Virus record (IMG/VR): IMGVR_UViG_3300048893_000050
Location: 1 to 27,345 of that record
From: a virus
Taxonomy: Duplodnaviria > Caudoviricetes
Length of the DNA stretch: 27,345 nt
Reading direction: 5' to 3' (one strand)
Of this stretch, positions 1 through 8,144 are shown one piece after another (the stretch's first letter is position 1; each line of letters starts with the position of its first letter). The translations under genes and the position numbers were made by a program. The notes under the pieces are model-generated. The model saw only the letters and a list, made by a program, of their open reading frames with translations. It was not told where the DNA came from and did not search any database.

Positions 1-1
1 A

Positions 2-76
2 GATTTTCACGGTCGCCTTTGCAATTTGGAAGCGCGCTACCATAACCAAGATATGAAAATGAGGACTGACCCATGA
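2..76 (+). CDS. C-terminal fragment of a small coiled-coil protein (DFHGRLCNLEARYHNQDMKMRTDP*)
   Basis: The frame is open from base 2 and its TGA (74-76) overlaps the ATG of the next gene (ATGA coupling). The ORF track omits it because the 5' end is cut off. Confidence 0.7.
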   Translation, partial: DFHGRLCNLEARYHNQDMKMRTDP

Positions 77-648
77 ATGAATTGATAAACCCATTTGAAG
101 CAGATAAACCTATCAATCTGCTCAAAATCGAAAACTTGGAAGAGTTAAAATATGAACTCATGCGAAAGTTTGAGATCGACATCATGGAAGGAGCGGCTGC
201 TGCCATCGGAGTGAAAACCGAAGATGATGCAAAATTCGCTCTTTCTATGGCTTTACAATCCAGAAAACTTGAAAAAGCATTGGATGATAGCCGACACGAG
301 ATAATCAAGCCCCATTTTGATTATCAAAAAGCTATCAATAAACTTGTGAAGGATTTCAAAGACAAGTTAAACCAGATTGAAACCAGTCTTAAAGCAAAAA
401 TAGATACTTGGGTTGAAGACCAAAAAGACAATCCATTTACCAAAGTTGACGAGCTTAAAGTCGAAGACGGTTCTTATACTCGAAAAACCGCTTGGGATTT
501 TACTGTTATGGATGAAAGAATTATCCCAAGGGAATACCTTCAAGTTGACGTGGCAGCCATTGAAAAGGCTGTAAATACTGGGGTTAGGAATATCCCAGGC
601 GTAAAGATAAACCAAACCGTAAAGACCACTATGCGAGTTAAAAACTAG
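73..648 (+). CDS. Coiled-coil recombination-module protein, Gp157/Gam-like
   Basis: Helical N-terminal part. The C-terminal motif IPREYLQVDVAAIEKAV..GVRNIPGVKI resembles Sipho_Gp157/Gam-like proteins. Lies directly upstream of a RecT-like gene. Confidence 0.65.
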   Translation: MNELINPFEADKPINLLKIENLEELKYELMRKFEIDIMEGAAAAIGVKTEDDAKFALSMALQSRKLEKALDDSRHEIIKPHFDYQKAINKLVKDFKDKLNQIETSLKAKIDTWVEDQKDNPFTKVDELKVEDGSYTRKTAWDFTVMDERIIPREYLQVDVAAIEKAVNTGVRNIPGVKINQTVKTTMRVKN

Positions 649-657
649 GAGCCTATA

Positions 658-1533
658 ATGAAACAACAATCTTTTTCAATGCCCTCACCTGCTGAGATGC
701 AAGCCTTAATCGAATTTTGCAAAGTCATGGCGAACAGCCCATTTTACAATAAACTAGGGCCGGGCGGTGTTATGTCCATTTTCCTTACCGCCAAGGAATA
801 TGATTTGCCTTTCATGGCTTGCCTTAATGGTGGGTTGCATACGTTCGACGGTAAAGTCTCATTTTCTGCCATCATGATCGACGCTTTGATCTTGAAGGCA
901 GGACACAAGACGGAAGTTCTTCACATCGACGAAAGCAAAGTCACCATCCGATTTATTCGAGGCGACCGCAAAGGCGATAAGACTTATAAACCGTTTGAAT
1001 ACACATACACCCTTGAAAAAGCCAAAAAGGCAGGATATCTGAGCAAAAAAAACTGGCAAACCAGCCTTGACGATATGCTTTATTGCCGTTGCCTGACTGG
1101 TGGCGGTCGCAAGCACATACCCGAAGTTTTCGTTGGCGTATTAGTGGCAGGTGAATTAGTCGGAGATGATTCCGATGGCGATATTCAACCAATGCTTCCT
1201 GTCAATGTTGCGGTGCCAACTACCAATTTGCTACCAGAACCAACCAAACCAGTAGAAGCACCAAAACAAATAGAACACGTGCCAGCCGAAGGATATAACG
1301 AATTCGTGGCAAGACATGGATTGATATTAAATAGCGATGGCACGGTGCCTAGGAAACTTGAATTTGTTAAGAAGTCGGCCGAGAAGGCTAAAATGCAGGA
1401 AGTTCAAGTGGTGAATTTCGCTATCCGAAACGAAGCTGAATTTGATAAGAAATTCACCAAATGGGAAAACGAAAATTATCCTATTGAGCAAGGAATTGAG
1501 GCTCCTCGTTCAATGGATGAATTGGCCATGTAA
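658..1533 (+). CDS. RecT/Red-beta-like single-strand annealing protein
   Basis: AKKAG...NWQTSLDDMLYCRC...RKHIPEVFVG resembles the W..YP..ML..RA....R..FP....G core of phage SSAPs. Pro-rich linker follows. SD GGAG upstream. Confidence 0.7.
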   Translation: MKQQSFSMPSPAEMQALIEFCKVMANSPFYNKLGPGGVMSIFLTAKEYDLPFMACLNGGLHTFDGKVSFSAIMIDALILKAGHKTEVLHIDESKVTIRFIRGDRKGDKTYKPFEYTYTLEKAKKAGYLSKKNWQTSLDDMLYCRCLTGGGRKHIPEVFVGVLVAGELVGDDSDGDIQPMLPVNVAVPTTNLLPEPTKPVEAPKQIEHVPAEGYNEFVARHGLILNSDGTVPRKLEFVKKSAEKAKMQEVQVVNFAIRNEAEFDKKFTKWENENYPIEQGIEAPRSMDELAM

Positions 1534-1545
1534 AGCGGCTTTACA
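1529..1545. promoter_or_regulatory. 17-bp palindrome TGTAAAGC-G-GCTTTACA (copy 1), candidate protein-binding site
   Basis: Perfect 8+1+8 inverted repeat over the stop codon of the RecT-like gene. The same arms recur at 11263-11279. Confidence 0.55.
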
Positions 1546-1549
1546 AATC

Positions 1550-1576
1550 GAGTCGGTTACATCTTGTAACCGACTC
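1550..1576. terminator. 12-bp inverted repeat between convergent genes; possible bidirectional terminator or binding site
   Basis: GAGTCGGTTACA-TCT-TGTAACCGACTC lies in the gap between stops at 1533 and 1581. U-tracts are weak on both strands. Confidence 0.55.
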
Positions 1577-1580
1577 AAGA

Positions 1581-1784
1581 TTACGGCGTCAAGTCTACAT
1601 GAAGCCCTGTTTCCGCTTCAATGACTTTTTCGACTTCGATTTCAATTGGATTGTTTTTTCCCAAGAGTAAAACGGAAGCATAACCGACAATGACACATGA
1701 ACCAATAATAAGGATGACCCATTTGTATTTCTTGACGAAAGCAACAATAGGGTCTGAAACTTCATCGGGTAGCGGACTTGTCAT
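1581..1784 (-). CDS. Small single-pass membrane protein (possible lysis-related)
   Basis: Basic KKYK followed by hydrophobic WVILIIGSCVIVGYASVLLLG and an acidic tail. ATGA overlap with the upstream gene. Last gene of the late operon. Confidence 0.75.
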   Translation of the reverse strand: MTSPLPDEVSDPIVAFVKKYKWVILIIGSCVIVGYASVLLLGKNNPIEIEVEKVIEAETGLHVDLTP

Positions 1785-1978
1785 TTGGACAAACCTAACC
1801 CTGCGCCTGGAGTGATAGGCACGTTGACGGTAGGCGATACGTTTGGAGTGTTGCTCGCTGTGTCGTCTATTACGTCGTCAGCCATACCTTCGGTGTGAGC
1901 CATAGATACGTTATAAGTGCAACTAACAGCAACCACTGCGGTTGCCATTATCAGGCAAATCAAGGATAATTTTCTCAT
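1781..1978 (-). CDS. Small lipoprotein
   Basis: MRK, a hydrophobic stretch and a lipobox-like VAVSC. The mature part is short, acidic and Pro-rich. SD GAGGAG upstream. Confidence 0.75.
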   Translation of the reverse strand: MRKLSLICLIMATAVVAVSCTYNVSMAHTEGMADDVIDDTASNTPNVSPTVNVPITPGAGLGLSK

Positions 1979-2300
1979 ATTTTGGCTCCTCTTTTTCTAA
2001 GATTTGATCTTGTTTTAAAACTACTTGTTTACTCATTTCTACCAAAGTTTTTAGATAACTGCAAAGCTGATTGTACTCGTTCCTAGATTGCACGAGAGCT
2101 TGAGTCGTCAGATCAAATCGAGCCTGTAAGAGTTGCTGTTGTAAAACCAAACGTTTAGGAGCGCAATCTTCGAGTTTGACTGGTTGCGCTCCATCTTCGG
2201 GAATCCACCACGTTTCAATAAAATTAGGACATTCTTTGCAAGACTTGCACATTTTTGATTTAACAAAAGGACATTCTTTACCGCATGAAGTGCTTTGCAT
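1923..2300 (-). CDS. Cys-rich plus coiled-coil protein downstream of the fibre genes (125 aa)
   Basis: Start reassigned to ATG 2300, which overlaps the upstream stop (TAATG). Contains C-x3-CP-x6-C-x2-C-x2-CP...DC, then a Q/L-rich heptad region. Confidence 0.75.
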   Translation of the reverse strand: MQSTSCGKECPFVKSKMCKSCKECPNFIETWWIPEDGAQPVKLEDCAPKRLVLQQQLLQARFDLTTQALVQSRNEYNQLCSYLKTLVEMSKQVVLKQDQILEKEEPKYEKIILDLPDNGNRSGCC

Positions 2301-2974
2301 TAATAATCCTTGTTTCCAATTACACCGACGTTTGCCAATGGTCGCCACGTGTTGCCGTGATTATGACCTTGTACGGCTCCTGCTGGATTGGCGCTTTTTT
2401 GATTTGTCGAACCAACACCGCCAGTTTGATTGGTGTTGAATGTGTTATTTGTAGATCGGTTTGTGCTGCTGACTTTATTAGTGGATAAATTTCCTTTTTC
2501 GTCAGAAGTATAAATCAAAAATTGGTGAGAGTGAGCAGGAATTTGTTCGATACTCAAAAAAGCGTTATCTTGTTGCCAAGTTCCTGCCGTGTTTCCTGCT
2601 GTGACGTTCCCAGCATATGTTTTGCTGAAATCTTGAGCTGCAAGTAAATTACCGCCTGTATTAGCTACAACTGACCAATTTGGAGCAGGAGGCAAAGCAT
2701 TGTAAAACCACATCCTCGTATTTTTAGGAAAACCGACTTGAGCGAATTGCACACGAAAGTTTTGAGGAGTTCCCCCTATTGTCCTGCTAATCATTAGCAA
2801 GTCAGTTTGTACAGGCGTTCCACCTGGAATCGGGTCTAACGCTGCAATATTGATTTGACGGATGGCTTGCACAGCGATTTGATAATCAGTCAAACCCTTT
2901 CTAATCAGCATCAAATCATTATTTGCCGCGCTGGTTGCGACTGGAAGATCGCTAAGATTTACAGGCGAAGCCAT
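2300..2974 (-). CDS. Short tail fibre / collar-type protein
   Basis: LSIEQIPAHSH and GHNH His motifs and a terminal WRP..NVGVIG.KD are typical of short fibres. Strong SD AAGGAG. Confidence 0.8.
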   Translation of the reverse strand: MASPVNLSDLPVATSAANNDLMLIRKGLTDYQIAVQAIRQINIAALDPIPGGTPVQTDLLMISRTIGGTPQNFRVQFAQVGFPKNTRMWFYNALPPAPNWSVVANTGGNLLAAQDFSKTYAGNVTAGNTAGTWQQDNAFLSIEQIPAHSHQFLIYTSDEKGNLSTNKVSSTNRSTNNTFNTNQTGGVGSTNQKSANPAGAVQGHNHGNTWRPLANVGVIGNKDY

Positions 2975-2983
2975 ATTTACTCC

Positions 2984-3469
2984 TTACGATGGGATGGTTT
3001 TCATTTGACCGTATACAATATAAGGCCCTGTTCCCCCTGAAATTGTCACTGTACCACTGGCAGAAATTGAAGGGGTATTAATTGTTACTTTTTTAATATC
3101 TACAAACGTAGCTCCAACGGAAGCAGGAGGCAAATAAACCATGCCATGATAAACGGCAGCCGCGTTGCCAGTATCGACTACGTAAATGTAAGCCAAGCCA
3201 CCATTGACTGAATCGAAAATAACATCAGTTGGTACAGCATTGCTCGCGCTGACTGTATTTCCTTGAGCGTCTTGTTGACTCAAATAAGCAAGCCATCGGT
3301 ACGTATATCTACCGAGCCAATTAAACCAGTTACGAGGAGGAAATTGTTTCAATGTCCAACCGTATTGCTGATATTCAGGCGGTGGAGTAAGGACGTTGTT
3401 TTGCAATGAAATAGGATCGACTTGATCTAAATCTGCCCAAACAGGCAAAACCGTGGGTTTTAGTACCAT
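2984..3469 (-). CDS. Tail fibre N-terminal/baseplate-anchoring protein
   Basis: P.WA...GW....PP...FNW motif of myovirus fibre N-termini. Follows the DUF2612-like gene. Confidence 0.75.
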   Translation of the reverse strand: MVLKPTVLPVWADLDQVDPISLQNNVLTPPPEYQQYGWTLKQFPPRNWFNWLGRYTYRWLAYLSQQDAQGNTVSASNAVPTDVIFDSVNGGLAYIYVVDTGNAAAVYHGMVYLPPASVGATFVDIKKVTINTPSISASGTVTISGGTGPYIVYGQMKTIPS

Positions 3470-3478
3470 ATTTTCTCC

Positions 3479-4258
3479 TTAAGGTGCTGGCGGTATATTA
3501 CCGTTAATTTGAATTGATTCTGTCATTTGCCCTGCGCCAGTCGTATCAATCCTGATAAAATTAGGCGGTTCCCCAATTGCTTCGGCAAATCCTCCCCCAA
3601 AATTAGGATCGGTAGTTTCACCTCGTTGAATGAAGAAATCGGCTAAACCTGTGCCGGGATCAACTTGAAACGGATGCAATTCATTTGGGTCTGCTATATT
3701 GGGAGCGACATAAAGCTGCTCATCAAATGGATCGCCTGAAAAAACAAATGGATTCGTGTTGTACGTTGCCAACAAAGCAGCAAATGAAACTCCTGCAGGG
3801 CTAACGTTTTGAATAGCCTGAACCAAATCGCTTGGATTGGCAGGGAATATCAATCCATTGGTCGTCATCAAATAAGCGGCTGGATAAAATTCATCATACC
3901 AAATGGTTGTGGCATCAGTCAGATATTTCAAAATCGTAATCATTTCCTCAGGCGTGCCATGACTCTGATTAATGAATATTTGAAATTGTAAATCTTCCCG
4001 ATAAGAAGCATCCGTTTGGCCTGGGATTCTTGCAAGACCAAGGATTTGACCGAGTCCATCCAATTGAACGCCTTCCGCTGTATTCAAATAACGCATGGTT
4101 TGCAGCAATTGCTCTTGCGTATTCAATACTTGAGCTTGACCGCTCAACGCTTTGACCACTTTTTGAAAGTTGGTTAGCGAACCATCGGGATTTCTGATTT
4201 GAAATTGCGAGGCCAATAAGGCCACCGCTCTTTCAAAATAATTCGGAATGTCAACCAT
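3479..4258 (-). CDS. Baseplate wedge protein, DUF2612-like (gpI equivalent)
   Basis: TAEGVQLDGLGQILGL.R, D..YR..L and PAGV motifs. Follows baseplate J. Confidence 0.85.
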   Translation of the reverse strand: MVDIPNYFERAVALLASQFQIRNPDGSLTNFQKVVKALSGQAQVLNTQEQLLQTMRYLNTAEGVQLDGLGQILGLARIPGQTDASYREDLQFQIFINQSHGTPEEMITILKYLTDATTIWYDEFYPAAYLMTTNGLIFPANPSDLVQAIQNVSPAGVSFAALLATYNTNPFVFSGDPFDEQLYVAPNIADPNELHPFQVDPGTGLADFFIQRGETTDPNFGGGFAEAIGEPPNFIRIDTTGAGQMTESIQINGNIPPAP

Positions 4259-4259
4259 T

Positions 4260-6251
4260 TTAGACCACCGTCACTGAAATTCTTTCTAAATCCCAAGTCG
4301 AGATTTGATTGTCTGCTATTGGTATGTCAGACGTTCCCAAAGTATTTGGAGACGTTCCTATTGTCATATTACCACTTGCGATGCCTGGCACATTGAAGAT
4401 TTGAGCTAAGACACGCTGAAGCAAGACATCAATACCAACTCCCAAACGAACTCCATAATTGAATATGGCCAATGCCACATCTTGAACTCCGTTATTTGGG
4501 AACGTTTCCTCTGTATAAAGAGTTAACGCGACTTGAACCCAGATCGTAATCGCGCTTGGACGACTGAAGAAGATGATCTGAGTGTTGCCTTGGGAGTCGA
4601 TGATCGGGATGCCGTTCCCCCCGTTAACATTACCAAAAGTTTCGATTCCAGCTGGCTTTGTGAGCCAGATCTGATTTGCGACTGCTTCATCCGTTCCCCC
4701 TTGTACTACTGCTTCAAATGATTTAGGCGGTCTGCCTCCGTTTATGGCAGCCTCCATCGCTGAAACATCCGTGGATGCTTCGTCTACTGTCAAAACTGTC
4801 GAAATATTCGTTACAACCGTTACTGTTTGGTTTCCTGTTCCACCAAATGAAGCCGACGCAACCATTGGCAAAGCTAAAAAAGCTGCCACTAAATCGGTCA
4901 TAGTCGTTGCTTGATTGGTATTAAAAGGAACCGTGAAATTATTCACCGTGTCGTAAAATACCGTTATGGTATCTCCAGCAGTGAATTGATCTGGAAATGC
5001 TATAACGATGTCTGTTTGCTGCAATGAAGTATTTTCAAACACTGTGGCACTGGTTACTCCAGGCACTTTTTGCAAAAGTCCTGCCGTTATCGCTTCAACC
5101 GTTGCCGAACCCAAAAGTTTGATTGAATTTTGTCTTCGGATTCTCAATTGAGCATCGGTTTCAACTACTGTTCCTGTGCTTCCTGCCACGTAATTATTGA
5201 TTGAATTCCATCCTGCAATTGGCGTGACGATCGAAGTTAAAGTACCAATTGGGCACGGTATGGGACCGTAATTTTGCGCTACAAACGTGATAGGCGACGC
5301 TTGATAAATGACTGATAGATTGAGTCCAACGCTGCAAGAAAACGGCACTGAGGGAGCATTAGCGGTGATTGTGAGTGTTCCATCCATATTATCGACGCAA
5401 GTCCAAGAAGGAGTGCCTGCGTTTATGATGGCTGTTAGTGCTGCGGTGATTGCGTTTTCATTAGCAGGAGCCAAAAACGTAGTGACGAAAGTGGCTTGTG
5501 TTGCTCCACCAGTGATATTGATGGAATTTACAATGACATTCCTGCCAGTTAAAGGCGTGATAGTGACGATATTTGGGTTAGTTGCTACTGCTGTACAAGC
5601 TGTACCTGAATCAAATGCCTGAATGGCAGCAGCGACGGCCGCTAATGTCGTATTGCTATCCGTCGTAAAGTTGACGTTTGGCAGTTGAACGCCATTAATC
5701 GTAATAACTATGACATTGCTTGCCACGAATATCGGCCCGACGTTTGAAAAAGTCACCACAGGAAGCGAATAAGTATAAGACGTGTTATTTAAAAGAACGG
5801 TGTAAGGTTGAGTTGTGACATCATCCACTTGAACTTGCACGATATCGGCATTTGATCGAGTGATTGAACCGCCATGTAAAGCGAAGAACGTTTCGCCTGT
5901 GGTCGTGATTTTTGCCAGAGAATTGGCAGGAATGAACGTGCTTTCTACGCCGTCACACGTTGCGACTACCGAAGTTTGAGTCGCAGGTAATCGGGTAATG
6001 CCGTTCAATTGAACCACGTTGTCTAATGAAACGCCAGCAGCACTATTCGGGTATTGGGAAAAATAGACATCTTCCATATTTTCCCAAAGATCGGCATAAA
6101 CTTTAGCAAAAATCCCTATCAATTGTCCTGCAACTGATTGAGGATCGGTATTAACATCACCCAAAGAAGCGATGAAATCGTCTTCCAAAAACTGCTTTAC
6201 ATCGGCAAGTCTGGGAGTATTGAAACCTTGAGGAGTTAATCCGTACGTCAT
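4260..6251 (-). CDS. Baseplate J/gp47-like wedge protein, enlarged by inserted domains
   Basis: A.G.SLD, ETDAQLR.R, PPKSFEAVVQGG and KPAGI.T.G motifs. 663 aa long. Confidence 0.92.
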   Translation of the reverse strand: MTYGLTPQGFNTPRLADVKQFLEDDFIASLGDVNTDPQSVAGQLIGIFAKVYADLWENMEDVYFSQYPNSAAGVSLDNVVQLNGITRLPATQTSVVATCDGVESTFIPANSLAKITTTGETFFALHGGSITRSNADIVQVQVDDVTTQPYTVLLNNTSYTYSLPVVTFSNVGPIFVASNVIVITINGVQLPNVNFTTDSNTTLAAVAAAIQAFDSGTACTAVATNPNIVTITPLTGRNVIVNSINITGGATQATFVTTFLAPANENAITAALTAIINAGTPSWTCVDNMDGTLTITANAPSVPFSCSVGLNLSVIYQASPITFVAQNYGPIPCPIGTLTSIVTPIAGWNSINNYVAGSTGTVVETDAQLRIRRQNSIKLLGSATVEAITAGLLQKVPGVTSATVFENTSLQQTDIVIAFPDQFTAGDTITVFYDTVNNFTVPFNTNQATTMTDLVAAFLALPMVASASFGGTGNQTVTVVTNISTVLTVDEASTDVSAMEAAINGGRPPKSFEAVVQGGTDEAVANQIWLTKPAGIETFGNVNGGNGIPIIDSQGNTQIIFFSRPSAITIWVQVALTLYTEETFPNNGVQDVALAIFNYGVRLGVGIDVLLQRVLAQIFNVPGIASGNMTIGTSPNTLGTSDIPIADNQISTWDLERISVTVV

Positions 6252-6607
6252 GGTAATATTTGCTCCATTTCTAAGCTTCCGTTTATGCTTCTACAGCCGA
6301 AATTTACTGTAAATTTTCTGTTTACGCCATCAAAATCACTTGAAAACGAAGTAATATCTATGATTCCTGCCGTATTGGATATTTCGTCTTTTAAAAACGT
6401 TTCAACTTGTATCTGATTTGGATTTTTAATAAAGAAATACTGATAATAAGGAATACCAGCTAAAATATTTAAAAACCATTCTCCTTGAATGAATCGTAAT
6501 CTAATTGCCAAGTTTTGGGCTATTTGATCGACTCCTCCAACTAAAGCCAAGTCAAAATCTTCAAAAACTAAATCGCCTGTTTTTGGGTCTAATGCTATAT
6601 CAATCAT
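6248..6607 (-). CDS. Baseplate gp25/gp46-like sheath-initiator protein
   Basis: RL.FIQGEWFLN..AGIPY motif. Located between spike and J genes. Confidence 0.85.
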   Translation of the reverse strand: MIDIALDPKTGDLVFEDFDLALVGGVDQIAQNLAIRLRFIQGEWFLNILAGIPYYQYFFIKNPNQIQVETFLKDEISNTAGIIDITSFSSDFDGVNRKFTVNFGCRSINGSLEMEQILP

Positions 6608-7251
6608 GGTATAGTCCCCTGTATCGCTGTTAAATTAGCCTTAGCAACTACGGCCGCAGCTGCAACCGTTGGATAAGGAGCCGAACCAGTAAACGCAGTG
6701 AATGAATTGAGCAAAGTAATTAATGTTTGAAGCAATTCGATTGTCTGAGTTCCTATAGCTATGGTACTTGCGGTTTCGATTACGATAGCGCCAGTTTGTT
6801 TGATTCTGATTTTTGATCCTTTATAGGTCAATAAAACATCGGTATTATTATCTGCCGTTGATGTCTTAGTAAAAGGATTGAATCCGACGATTGCCACCGC
6901 GTCCGACAAATCGAATTTCCTATTATCGTCAGGAGTCACTTGACCGCCTTCAGTAAGCCATTTATCTGTGCTGCGTTCATTAAAGATCAGGAGGCAAGTG
7001 TCGCCCTCAACAACTGGGAAAGTGATTCCTCCACCGCCTCCTGAAGGAAACATAACTGGAACGTTTTCAAGAACTGGCATTGGTGTGCTTGTCCCATCTG
7101 CCCACGCTTTATTTAACAATGGTTGAATAGACGCTTTTTGAAGATTGAAATCATAGGATATAATCGCTCCCGGCAAGGCGGTGTGAACGTTGACTAAACG
7201 GCCTTCAATTCCAAGATCAATTGCATCATTGAGGGTTACTGGATTTCCCAT
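6604..7251 (-). CDS. Baseplate central spike (Gp138-like N-terminal OB domain)
   Basis: HTALPG.I, VPV.FP.GGG..ITFPV..GD.CLL.F.ER and R.FDLSDA motifs. Confidence 0.88.
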   Translation of the reverse strand: MGNPVTLNDAIDLGIEGRLVNVHTALPGAIISYDFNLQKASIQPLLNKAWADGTSTPMPVLENVPVMFPSGGGGGITFPVVEGDTCLLIFNERSTDKWLTEGGQVTPDDNRKFDLSDAVAIVGFNPFTKTSTADNNTDVLLTYKGSKIRIKQTGAIVIETASTIAIGTQTIELLQTLITLLNSFTAFTGSAPYPTVAAAAVVAKANLTAIQGTIP

Positions 7252-8144
7252 CAGTTAACTCCTATAGTTGCGCCTTGAAGCAATTCGGTACATTCAATTT
7301 GTGACGACCAAAGAAACCCGAAAGTGTCTCCTTCGTGTCTGATTGTTTCAACTCGATACGGTCCTCTAAAATTCAAATGAGCGGAGGCTAAATCAATCTT
7401 AGACCCAGGCAATATGAATGGATTCAAGGCAACGTTGACTTTATAGCCTGTATTGCGCTGGTCGATGGATCGGTATAAATCTAACGACCGATACGTATAA
7501 CGCTGCGGAATGCCCTGCATACCGTTTCCTTCATTAACTTGAATGATAGGCTCGGATATCGTGCCATTAATCGGAATGACTTGAAGCTGATTGTTTTGGA
7601 TGCTCCATTGTAAGCCCAATTTGGCACAAACGATATCCAAAGCGTCCTTGCCTAAGCCAATGAATTTGTAACCTTGACGATACACCAGATTGTTAGAACT
7701 AGCAAACTCGACAAACTGAAGACCCATTTGAGCCGCGATGCCGCTAATGATCGTCCTCGCTTGGACATTCGCCGCGTATGAGAGAGAAACTCGTAATTGA
7801 TTAACGTATTTTTCTCCGTCTCCGCACTCAAGGACAGTGACAATTTCGGGCAGCTCGTAAATGTGACTGACTGTGGTTGTGTCACCAACAAATAAGACCT
7901 GTGGCCCTCCATCTTCTCTATACCCTGCGTACAATGTGACTTCATCTCCATAATCCTTGATTAAGTTTCTGTTGTCCTGACTCAAATTCCAAATCCTAAT
8001 GACCGCGGAATTTGTAGTAGAAGAAGTCGATTTTAAAATGGAAAATGATACCCGCAATCCTTTGATTAGGATAGTGGCTATATACCCATCGAAATTATCG
8101 TTTCTAATCCGAACTTGAAGCATTGCCTCACGAAAAAACTTCAT
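7251..8144 (-). CDS. Baseplate hub protein
   Basis: N.A.I.IWNLS, L.AGY, CGDG and WSIQN motifs. Directly upstream of the spike gene. Confidence 0.85.
   Translation of the reverse strand: MKFFREAMLQVRIRNDNFDGYIATILIKGLRVSFSILKSTSSTTNSAVIRIWNLSQDNRNLIKDYGDEVTLYAGYREDGGPQVLFVGDTTTVSHIYELPEIVTVLECGDGEKYVNQLRVSLSYAANVQARTIISGIAAQMGLQFVEFASSNNLVYRQGYKFIGLGKDALDIVCAKLGLQWSIQNNQLQVIPINGTISEPIIQVNEGNGMQGIPQRYTYRSLDLYRSIDQRNTGYKVNVALNPFILPGSKIDLASAHLNFRGPYRVETIRHEGDTFGFLWSSQIECTELLQGATIGVN

Noticed and set aside
367-1192. Short minus-strand ORFs within the recombination genes, and other short ORFs nested in or opposite structural genes
   Set aside because: They fully overlap well-supported genes and have no recognisable motifs.
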